Positions 9,676 to 17,732 of a DNA stretch of 64,000 bases are shown here, one piece after another (the stretch's first letter is position 1; every line of letters begins with the position of its first letter). The notes beneath the pieces are model-generated. The model had not been told where the DNA came from, searched no databases, and saw only the letters and a program-made list of their open reading frames with translations. The position numbers and the translations under genes were made by a program. The stretch is from an uncultured Nitrososphaerota archaeon (GTDB taxonomy: Archaea > Thermoproteota > EX4484-205 > JAAOZO01), in contig CAYOYV010000001.1 in NCBI GenBank assembly GCA_964408285.1, positions 192,001 to 256,000 of the forward strand, written 5' to 3'.

Positions 9676-11049
9676 ATGTATGATGTTGTGATAGTGGGGG
9701 CGGGACCAGCAGGTGCCACAGCTGCACGATATGCTGCGAAATCCGGCCTTAAGGTCGCGCTTCTGGACAAAGAACCATCGGGCAGGATTGGTGACAAGGT
9801 TTGCGGTAATGCACTAGGAACTGGGGTGTTTGCCCAATTGGGCCTGAATCCGCCCAAGTCGGCCCATTACGGTGTGGTAAATGGCATTGAGATAATCTCT
9901 CCGGACAGACAGGTCACCTACAGACTGGAGGAAGAAGGCACTAGCGGAATAATGCTCGACAGGCTAGGATTCGGGCAGTATCTCCTGCAACTCTCCATCG
10001 ACGGAGGTGCAGAATTGCATGATGATTTCGCGGTCACTTCCGGAATAGTGGAGAATGGGGCAGTCGCTGGCGTGAAAGGAAAAACAATGTCAGACGGAAG
10101 GACTTCGGAATTTCGAGCAAAGGTGACGATCGATGCATCGGGCGCGGGGGCGATTCTCAGGAGAGGGCTGGGAGGCCTAGTGGACAATGAGCTGGCAGAT
10201 GACGAGACTATGGTGTGCTACAGGCGGATTGTCAAGAGCGACGCTCAATATCCAATGTTTTCTCGGATATATCTGAACCAGGTCCTTTGTCCAGGCGGAT
10301 ACTTCTGGCTCTTCCCAATGGGAGAGGGTCTCATCAACATGGGAGTGGGTGTGGCAAGGAACACTTTGGACCCGAGAGAGGCCTATCAAAGCTTTGCACG
10401 AACAATCCCGGGAATAGAGGACTCGAAGGTAATTCATGAAGGCGGTGCAATAGTGCCAACTAGAAGGCCGATGATTCCGTCTGTCTGGAATGCTATTCTC
10501 TTCATAGGCGATGCGGGATTTACGGTGGATCCGATAACTGGAGGGGGCATCGGTGCTTCAATGATATCGGGCAAGATAGCTGCCGAAGCAGTAGTGGCGT
10601 CATCGGAGGCAGACGGAAGCTCGATAGAATCTCTCTGGGATTTCTGCGTCAGATACAACGAGATTCAGGGAAGGACCTATGCAATCGAAGACATTGTCAG
10701 GATATTCCTCCAAGGTCTTCACAATGAGGAAGCTGATTTTGGCATGAAGCATAGGCTCATAACAGAAGATGACATAAAGGCCTTAATGAGTGGAAGACGG
10801 TTCGTGATAACCGTCCTTGATGAAGCCGCCAGAGTCGCACAGGGCATCGCGAAAGCAGAATTGCTCGTAAGATTGGCCAAGCTATCGATCATCCTTGACA
10901 AGGTGTCGAAGCATTATCTCAGCTTCCCCTCCTCTCCGAACCAGCTCTACGAATGGAAGCTCAAAGACAAGGAATTGCATGAGAGTGCACACGCGGAACT
11001 TGGATTGGACACTCTCAGGAAGGCCATGAAGCCATCGAAGGATAGCTGA
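9676..11049 (+). CDS. Digeranylgeranylglycerophospholipid (geranylgeranyl) reductase family flavoprotein
   Basis: DVVIVGAGPAG FAD motif, KVCG, PGGYFWLFP, IGDAGFTVDPITGGGI. Confidence 0.9.
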   Translation: MYDVVIVGAGPAGATAARYAAKSGLKVALLDKEPSGRIGDKVCGNALGTGVFAQLGLNPPKSAHYGVVNGIEIISPDRQVTYRLEEEGTSGIMLDRLGFGQYLLQLSIDGGAELHDDFAVTSGIVENGAVAGVKGKTMSDGRTSEFRAKVTIDASGAGAILRRGLGGLVDNELADDETMVCYRRIVKSDAQYPMFSRIYLNQVLCPGGYFWLFPMGEGLINMGVGVARNTLDPREAYQSFARTIPGIEDSKVIHEGGAIVPTRRPMIPSVWNAILFIGDAGFTVDPITGGGIGASMISGKIAAEAVVASSEADGSSIESLWDFCVRYNEIQGRTYAIEDIVRIFLQGLHNEEADFGMKHRLITEDDIKALMSGRRFVITVLDEAARVAQGIAKAELLVRLAKLSIILDKVSKHYLSFPSSPNQLYEWKLKDKELHESAHAELGLDTLRKAMKPSKDS

Positions 11050-12720
11050 AATCTGCAGATGCAGGTCGGATTTCCAAGCCGGATTTCCTGGCAAAGGCAG
11101 CTGAGATAAATGCGTAGAATGCGGGATTCGGAGCACCGGGCCAACTCTTGAATTCGGGATGATATTGCGCGGCAAAATAGAAGGGGTGTGTCCTAAGCTC
11201 CAGGATCTCAATCCTTCCATCATCGGAAAAGCCTGATGCGACATAATGGGATTTCTCAAGCATCGGAACATAAGTCCTATTCAATTCATACCTATGCCTG
11301 TGCCTTTCATAGATTTCAAGGCCCCTGTATATCCTATGTGCAAGAGTACCTTGTTTGATGGTTATCCTTGAGGAGCCCAACCTTTGGGTTCCGCCCATTT
11401 CAAGATTCTGATTCTGCTCTGTGGAAAGCCTGACGATCGGAACAGAGGTATGCGGGTCGATCTCTGTCGTATTCGCATCATCTAATCGAAGAACATCCCT
11501 CGCGAATTCGACCGCGGACAATTGAAATCCGAAACATATGCCAAGGAATGGGATTCCATTTTCCCGAGCTCGTTTCATAGCAATCATTTTGCCCACGGAT
11601 CCCCTGATTCCATACCCGCCTGGTACCAGCACGCCATGGCAGCCATCAAGCATCAAATCGGGATCTTTGGCTAATTCGAGTTCCTCCGATTCGACGAATT
11701 TGACCAACACCCTGACGCTCATTTTGCCGCCAGCATGCTTCAGAGCGTCCACAACGCTGATGTAGCTATCCTCGAGAGCCACATATTTCCCCACCAACGC
11801 AATCCTCACTTCATCTCTTGGATTGACTATGCCATCGATTGCCTCTTTCCAGGGTGTCCAGTTGGACTCGCCGCAGGGCAATGCGAGCTTTGCGCACAGG
11901 AGTGTGCCCAGACCTTGGGTCTCCAGATGCTTTGGCAGTTCGTATACGCATGAGAGATCAGTTGCGCAAAAAGCTGAGTCTCTTTGTATGGATGAGAAAA
12001 GAGCAACTTTGGACATCACTTCGTCATTCGGAAGGCCCTTTGATCTTACAAAGACCAAGTCCGGTTGGAGACCTATTCTCCTGAGCTCTTGGACGCTGTG
12101 CTGCAATGGCTTCGTCTTGTATTCCTTCGTGACCTCAAGAAAAGGGACGAGAGCAACATGGGCGATGAGAGTGTTTGAGCGCCCCTCTTCAAGTCGCATC
12201 TGTCTGATCGCCTCGAAGAATGGCATGCCTTCTATGTCACCTACTGTCCCGCCGATCTCGATAACTGACACATCGGTCTTTGAGGCCTGCCTTATCCTGC
12301 TTATGATCTCATCCGTAACGTGCGGTATGATTTGTACGCACTTCCCTAGATACTCTCCTCTTCTTTCCCTTCGGATTACCTCGAGATATACTTGCCCGGT
12401 TGTGATGTTGCTGCTTCTGCTCAAGGTCGTGAGCAAGAACCTTTCGTATCTTCCTATATCGAGGTCTGTTTCTCCTCCGTCTTCAGTTACAAAGACCTCT
12501 CCATGAACAAATGGATTCATGAGCCCACTGTCATAATTCAAGTATGGATCGATCTTCACGGCCGTTACGCGAAAGCCTCTAACCTGGAGAACCTTGCCTA
12601 TGGAGGCGGCGATCGATCCCTTCCCAAATGCTCCCCGGGCTAGGCCGAGTCTGAGCTAAGAACGCCACCAGTCACGAAAACATACTTAGTCCTCTTGGAC
12701 TTCTCCTGTCCCCCTTCCAT
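11015..12720 (-). CDS. pyrG: CTP synthase, spliced gene: complement(join(11015..12627,12651..12720)), 560 aa
   Basis: Exon 1 from ATG 12720 reads MEGGQEKSKRTKYVFVTGGVLSS. Exon 2 continues (V)GKGSIAASIGKVLQVRGFRVTAVKIDPY and includes HGEVFVTEDGGETDLD, KTKPLQHSV, GICFGFQ, ERHRHRYE and QYHPEF. Exon lengths 70+1613=1683 nt, i.e. 561 codons. Confidence 0.95.
12628..12650 (-). other. 23-nt bulge-helix-bulge (BHB) intron in the pyrG mRNA
   Basis: mRNA reads UUCUUA-GCUC-AG^A-CUCGG-CCUAGC-CCGGG-GAGC-AU^U-UGGGAA: 6-bp outer helix, perfect 4-bp central helix GCUC/GAGC, two 3-nt bulges, 5-bp intron stem. The intron contains an in-frame UAG; its removal restores L-S-S-V-G-K-G. Confidence 0.9.
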
Positions 12721-12744
12721 AGGTCATGCGTGCCATGCAAAGGC

Positions 12745-12751
12745 TAATAAA
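12745..12751 (-). promoter_or_regulatory. TATA box for pyrG exon 1
   Basis: TTTATTA on the minus strand about 25 nt upstream of ATG 12720, consistent with a near-leaderless transcript. Confidence 0.55.
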
Positions 12752-12778
12752 TGCTTGAACCTACCAGCGCGATTTGAG

Positions 12779-12943
12779 ATGTCAACGAAATCTGTAGAGA
12801 AGATTGCTGCAGGCGAGAATCTACTAGGGAAAATCTATGAGGAAGCTACAATCATAGAGAACATCATTCTCTCTCAGTCAGTTGGCACTGATCACACGGC
12901 ACTTGTGATGGACAAGAGCAAGCCTGCACCTAGATTGGGCTAA
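12779..12943 (+). CDS. Small hypothetical protein (54 aa)
   Basis: MSTKSVEKIAAGENLLGKIYEEATIIENIILS...; fills the gap between the divergent promoter region and the next gene; no family recognised. Confidence 0.35.
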   Translation: MSTKSVEKIAAGENLLGKIYEEATIIENIILSQSVGTDHTALVMDKSKPAPRLG

Positions 12944-12965
12944 CGAGAGCGGAGTATGAAACACG

Positions 12966-14255
12966 ATGAGATTGATAATTTTCGAGGATGATGCTACCCA
13001 TAACTTTGAGCCTTTGACGCTCACAAGGGGTTCATTCGATCTCAGGCTAGGCATTCTATCGTTCTGGGAGCGCACGAAAATTCTCACAAAGGCGCACACA
13101 GTCGATTTCCTTGCAAGGGACTACATTGCAAGCCATGTCTCACGCGAGAGGAAGGTGAAAGGCAATGAACCTGACGCAATAGACGACGAGGCTCTGTTTG
13201 TCAACGCATTGCTCGTACTTGATGCGGATCTGCAGAAAAAAGCTAAGACGATGAAGGCTGGGACGGCCCTCTTCAAGAAGGGAAGGCTCGCAATGGCCAA
13301 GTTCGGTGAGGCTCCGGCAAAGGAAGCAGCCAGGTTGCTCATGGGGGCACCCGGTCTTCAGTCCGTGGGATCCATCGAGTCAATGGCAATCGAGAGGCAG
13401 GAATGCGAGGGTGGTTTGCTGATTTCGAACTATTGGGAAATAGTGGAGAAGAATGCAGCCCAGATAGCCAGCGATTTCGATCTCATGCCCAAGAAGAACT
13501 CACAAGCAATCTCAGCCAAGACCCGGTTCGTGGGAAAGAAGCGAAACCTGTTCATAGCCAAAAGCTCGAGGGTGGATCCCTATCTCTACGTTGACGCAGA
13601 AACCGGGCCTGTATACATAGGCGAAGACTGCCAAATCAACGCTTGGTGCTTCATTCAGGGCCCAAGCTACATAGGCGCTGGGACCATAATACATCCCTCT
13701 TCTGTCATAAGGGAAGGTTCGAACATAGGACCTGTCTGCAGGGTAGGAGGGGAGGTAGAGGAGAGTGTGATGCAGGCCCATTCAAACAAACCACATGCCG
13801 GGTTTCTGGGCCACGCTTACGTCGGAGAGTGGGCAAATCTTGGGGCGATGTTCACAAACTCCGATCTGAAGAATACATACGGTTCGATCAAGGTGACAGT
13901 GCGAGGACGCAAATTAGACTCAGGGACGATTAAACTTGGAGGAATGATTGGGGATCATGCCAAGGGATCGATAGGATCCTTGTTGTACACCGGCAAGAAA
14001 GTGGGCGTCTGTTCTCAGATACACGGCGTCGTACAGGAGGATGTTCCGTCGTTCGTGCTCTATGCGAAAACCCTCGGAATTCCAGTTTGGGAACTAGGAC
14101 CGGATGAGTCGATCCAAGTTGCACGAAGGGTGATGTCAAGACGAAAGGTCGAGATGACAAAGGCTGACGAGGACCTGCTGAGGAAGGTATTCGAAGTCAC
14201 CAAGTCAGAGCGCGAAGCCATGAAACCGCAGAGAGGACCATTCTCCTTTGCATAG
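12966..14255 (+). CDS. GlmU-related putative sugar nucleotidyltransferase with left-handed beta-helix
   Basis: FEPLTLTRGSFDLRLG N-terminus; hexapeptide repeats; SNKPHAGFLGHAYVGEWANLGA, SDLKNTYG. Confidence 0.85.
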   Translation: MRLIIFEDDATHNFEPLTLTRGSFDLRLGILSFWERTKILTKAHTVDFLARDYIASHVSRERKVKGNEPDAIDDEALFVNALLVLDADLQKKAKTMKAGTALFKKGRLAMAKFGEAPAKEAARLLMGAPGLQSVGSIESMAIERQECEGGLLISNYWEIVEKNAAQIASDFDLMPKKNSQAISAKTRFVGKKRNLFIAKSSRVDPYLYVDAETGPVYIGEDCQINAWCFIQGPSYIGAGTIIHPSSVIREGSNIGPVCRVGGEVEESVMQAHSNKPHAGFLGHAYVGEWANLGAMFTNSDLKNTYGSIKVTVRGRKLDSGTIKLGGMIGDHAKGSIGSLLYTGKKVGVCSQIHGVVQEDVPSFVLYAKTLGIPVWELGPDESIQVARRVMSRRKVEMTKADEDLLRKVFEVTKSEREAMKPQRGPFSFA

Positions 14256-14317
14256 GGACTGCCCGATAACAGCTTCGACCCATCCTTTAATATAGCGATG
14301 ATCGCCCAGAGTTTCAG

Positions 14318-14776
14318 ATGTTCTCCTGGGAAGAGGAGCTTGACGATGTTCTCAGCGCGCTCAAGAAGACCAAAGGAAGGATAACGAATGTGAAGGAACT
14401 GGTTTTGACGGGAAAGATATCCAAGCAGACTCACGATTCCCTGATGCCTCAATTCCAGCGGGATGTGGTGGAGGTGGAGAAGAGAAAGAAGGACCTCCTC
14501 GGACGACTAACGAACCTCAACAGCGAACTCACAGAACAATACAGGGTCCTCCTCAGATTGAATTCAGACCTTGAGATGAAACTGGCTTATTCACTGGTGT
14601 CAGAGGATCATTACGTCAAGATGGCAACTGCCCTCAAGTATGGGTTGGAGGAAACAGTCAGAGAATTGGAGGGAGTCTCGATGGCGATTAAGCAGCTCTC
14701 AGAGGAAGCTGGTGGACCGACCCCTCATGTATTGGACAGAGCGATTCGGAGACTCGACGAGACTGGTCAGACCTGA
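14318..14776 (+). CDS. CdvA-like coiled-coil protein
   Basis: MFSWEEEL...ELVLTGKISKQTHDSL and LEMKLAYSLVSEDHY resemble the CdvA helical domain; TTTAATATA box upstream. Confidence 0.6.
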   Translation: MFSWEEELDDVLSALKKTKGRITNVKELVLTGKISKQTHDSLMPQFQRDVVEVEKRKKDLLGRLTNLNSELTEQYRVLLRLNSDLEMKLAYSLVSEDHYVKMATALKYGLEETVRELEGVSMAIKQLSEEAGGPTPHVLDRAIRRLDETGQT

Positions 14777-16101
14777 CCCAGGAGCCTCTCAATCAGATCC
14801 AAGTAAAACTCCGCCATCCTCTTGAGACTGTCAATGTCGATGTACTCATCTGGGGCATGCGTCCTTTGGTCGATATCTCTCATGTCAACAGACGGCGAAT
14901 AGACCTCGACTCCCACTGCCTGGGCTCCAAGAGCTCTAACATATCTGCTATCAGTTCCAGCCGGCAACATGTATCTGAAGGTGCCATCGGCCCCTGCGTG
15001 AGCTTTCAGGGCCTCAGTCAGTGCGAACTCGAATGTCGGATCTATCGTTGACGTACTTGAAGGAGAAAATGCTATTTCCTCAACCCTGCAGGAAGTGCCC
15101 GCATTCTCGAGCAGCCATTGCTTGATCTCTTCCTTGTCCACGCCAGGCAATACCCTGCAATCGATCGTAATCTCGGCGCTTGGCGGGGCGACATTGGGTC
15201 GGATCCCGGAGGACATCATGGTCGGGGTTGCAGTAACGGCTGCTTGTGCCCGAATTCTAGACCAACTGAACTCATCCACGGTCCTCAGTCTCTCCATGAG
15301 TTCTTCATAGTTCGAACCATCCTCGTTCAAGTTGCCAATCGCGTAGGCCTTAGCAGCAGCTCTAAGATGATCCAGCGCTGCCTCGTTGGAATGCCTGAGT
15401 TCCATAGCATGTGTAATCCTCTGTATTGCTGTTGCGGCCTTCACAACAGGATTATCCAGAATGTATGGAACGGACGCATGACCTCCAGTGCCTTGAAACA
15501 GTAATTTGGTCCAGTAGATCCCCTTCTCGCCTGTCTCATAGCCGATGTATCTTCCGCCCTTCCCGCTAACAACGAGGCCTCCGCCCTCTGTGACTGAATA
15601 ATCCGCTTTGACAAGCTGAGGGACATTCTGAACTAGGTAGCCTATCCCCTTTGCCCCACCGTTTTCCTCATCTGCGGTCTCGGCTAAAATCAGAGTACCA
15701 TCTATTCTCCGATTCTCTCTGGCGATCTTGAGGAAGGCAAAGACTTGAGCTGCAACCATGTTCTTCATGTCCGCGGCTCCCCTTCCGTAGATCCTTCCTT
15801 CCTGCTCGATTGCTCCGAACGGAGGCCTCGTCCAATTCTCCCTTGACCCGGGCGGCACAACGTCCAGATGCCCGAGGAAGAGCAAAGACCTGCCACCGCC
15901 CTTTCCAATCCTTGCCACTATATTGCCTCTTCCGAGCTGACTTTCTATCAGATCGGACCCAATGGAGTCTTTGCTGAGCAATTCCGCGATATATCTTGCC
16001 GCTGGGGTTTCATTCCCAGGAGGATTTGAAGTATCTATGGAGATAAGATGTTTGAATATGCCCTTCAGCTCGCCCAGTTCCTCGGAAGATAATGGATTCA
16101 C
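14767..16101 (-). CDS. M20 family metallopeptidase/deacylase (ArgE/DapE-like)
   Basis: GHLDVVP, GRGAADMK, ADEENGG, GGHAS, HAPDEYI. Confidence 0.92.
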   Translation of the reverse strand: MNPLSSEELGELKGIFKHLISIDTSNPPGNETPAARYIAELLSKDSIGSDLIESQLGRGNIVARIGKGGGRSLLFLGHLDVVPPGSRENWTRPPFGAIEQEGRIYGRGAADMKNMVAAQVFAFLKIARENRRIDGTLILAETADEENGGAKGIGYLVQNVPQLVKADYSVTEGGGLVVSGKGGRYIGYETGEKGIYWTKLLFQGTGGHASVPYILDNPVVKAATAIQRITHAMELRHSNEAALDHLRAAAKAYAIGNLNEDGSNYEELMERLRTVDEFSWSRIRAQAAVTATPTMMSSGIRPNVAPPSAEITIDCRVLPGVDKEEIKQWLLENAGTSCRVEEIAFSPSSTSTIDPTFEFALTEALKAHAGADGTFRYMLPAGTDSRYVRALGAQAVGVEVYSPSVDMRDIDQRTHAPDEYIDIDSLKRMAEFYLDLIERLLGQV

Positions 16102-16421
16102 TTCTGATTCACTGGAATCAGATCAATCTTGCTCTTCGAGATGACCATCTCGAGAAGATCATTTATCTGGGGTCTGCCCAATGTTTCATACTCAGACATC
16201 GTGAGTGAGATAACCATTTTTGTGTTCATGTACCTAGGGAAAATCCCCGCTTGCTGTAGCCCTGTCATTACTCCGACCGTGACATCGGAGACATATTCCG
16301 TATCAGTGACCGAAGAGGGTTTCTGTACAACTGCTGGCTCCAATGAGGCTATATCCATCCTGACTCCCTGTGCGCCCGTGATCTCAATCGACGTTATTGC
16401 CGTAACCTTAACCAATGTCAA
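16098..16421 (-). CDS. Arcadin-1-like small beta protein
   Basis: C-terminal KMVISLTMSEYETLGRPQINDLLEMVI resembles the arcadin-1 LTxEEYExLG...VGDxVEI pattern; size 107 aa matches. Confidence 0.55.
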   Translation of the reverse strand: MTLVKVTAITSIEITGAQGVRMDIASLEPAVVQKPSSVTDTEYVSDVTVGVMTGLQQAGIFPRYMNTKMVISLTMSEYETLGRPQINDLLEMVISKSKIDLIPVNQK

Positions 16422-16477
16422 GGCTATGATTAATCGTGAATACCCTTATTAATACTTATTGCCTTTTTTCGAAGCTG

Positions 16478-16783
16478 ATGCAACTCAAATCGCTTCTGAG
16501 TTCATTCGTCTCCCAGAATCGGCTCATTACAGCAATCAAATTGATTACTGGGGCGCTCCTGGATTCTGCAGTCAAGAGGTCCACCGAGCATATTCTTCCC
16601 TCTGGCCGAACACTCCTTCTGATTTTCTTTGTTGGAATATGTACTCTGCCTGAGAGCATTTCCCTCAAACTCAAGCGAATTCTCGGAGACATATTTGGCA
16701 AAGCACTTGAGACCGTTATTCCTGTTTCGCTATACAGGCTGGGTGAGGAAGAAGGAGTCACTATTGGGTTCGTAGTCTCGTGA
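16478..16783 (+). CDS. Hypothetical protein
   Basis: ATG about 24 nt after TTATTAATA; stop overlaps the next GTG (GTGA); no family recognised. Confidence 0.35.
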   Translation: MQLKSLLSSFVSQNRLITAIKLITGALLDSAVKRSTEHILPSGRTLLLIFFVGICTLPESISLKLKRILGDIFGKALETVIPVSLYRLGEEEGVTIGFVVS

Positions 16784-17658
16784 TCGCATTGGATGTAGAT
16801 TGCAGTCCAAAGGATTTGAGGAATATCGTGAGCGGCCTTCCTCAACTCGTGCCAATGTTCTTCGCGTGGAAGAATGATCCTGCTGCCATGAATATTGCCG
16901 AATGCTTAACCCAGCTCTCGGTAGAATGGCGGGCACATTGCTTCGATCCTGTCGAGATCAGAAGACTTGAATTTGAAAATGGTACGGCGTTTCTTGTCTT
17001 TCTGAGGGATTCGCCCCTTTATTGCGGCGAATTGATCGAAGGCCTTTGTCCGAAAGTGGCTGTTGTTCTATCGATGCACAGAAGCGAAGCGTCATTGGCT
17101 TCTCTAACAGTTCATCCGACTGGCAACATAGGAAAGGCAGATTATGGAGGTGATCCGAATTCCCTATCAGTCGCTCCAGCGATGAGGATGAAGTCTGCGC
17201 TACTGACTATGTTGCGAAGTGGCAGTCGAATAGCGGAGGAATTTCGAATATCATATGAGACTACGCATCATGGGCCAACTGTCAAATTACCGCTGATGTT
17301 TCTGGAGATAGGCAGTTCTCTCGATGAATGGACGAATAAGAGGGCGGGCGAATCGGTGGCAAGGGCCGCGATTCGCTCGGCGTTTCCTGATCCTAGCCAT
17401 TCGAGGATTGTGGTGGGCTTGGGTGGACCCCACTACGCACCATTTTTCACCCAGGCCGCGATCCGTAGGGACATTGCAGTCAGTCATATGGTGTCATATC
17501 ATCAATTGCCGAGTCTCAACATCGGGCTCCTAAACCTCCTCATCGCAAGAACCGAGGGGAAGGTCTATGGAGTTCTGCTCGACTGGAAAGGCCTGAGGAC
17601 GGAAAAAGCAAATGTCCTCTCACTTCTTGAGACTCTCGATCTGGCATTCGAGAAGTGA
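16780..17658 (+). CDS. dtdA: D-aminoacyl-tRNA deacylase (archaeal DtdA/GEK1); true start may be near 16849
   Basis: DPAAMNIA, LSMHRS, LTVHPTGN, YETTHHGPT, FLEIGSS, GLGGPHYAP. Confidence 0.9.
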   Translation: MIALDVDCSPKDLRNIVSGLPQLVPMFFAWKNDPAAMNIAECLTQLSVEWRAHCFDPVEIRRLEFENGTAFLVFLRDSPLYCGELIEGLCPKVAVVLSMHRSEASLASLTVHPTGNIGKADYGGDPNSLSVAPAMRMKSALLTMLRSGSRIAEEFRISYETTHHGPTVKLPLMFLEIGSSLDEWTNKRAGESVARAAIRSAFPDPSHSRIVVGLGGPHYAPFFTQAAIRRDIAVSHMVSYHQLPSLNIGLLNLLIARTEGKVYGVLLDWKGLRTEKANVLSLLETLDLAFEK

Positions 17659-17732
17659 AGTGCTCTGATTTCGTTCGGGTTCTTGGAAGTCTTATAACCA
17701 CCAGACCCTGACTCCCGGCAGATTCCAAAAAT

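Noticed and set aside
11015-12559. ORF-track start of pyrG at GTG 12559 (MKIDPY)
   Set aside because: This would delete the conserved TGGVLSSVGKG motif; the real start is ATG 12720, which has its own TATA box.
12640-12642. In-frame TAG in pyrG read as pyrrolysine/readthrough, or pyrG as a pseudogene
   Set aside because: Readthrough stays out of frame with the downstream exon and hits another TAG 14 codons later. Both exons are fully conserved, and the BHB cut sites restore the exact consensus, so splicing explains it better.
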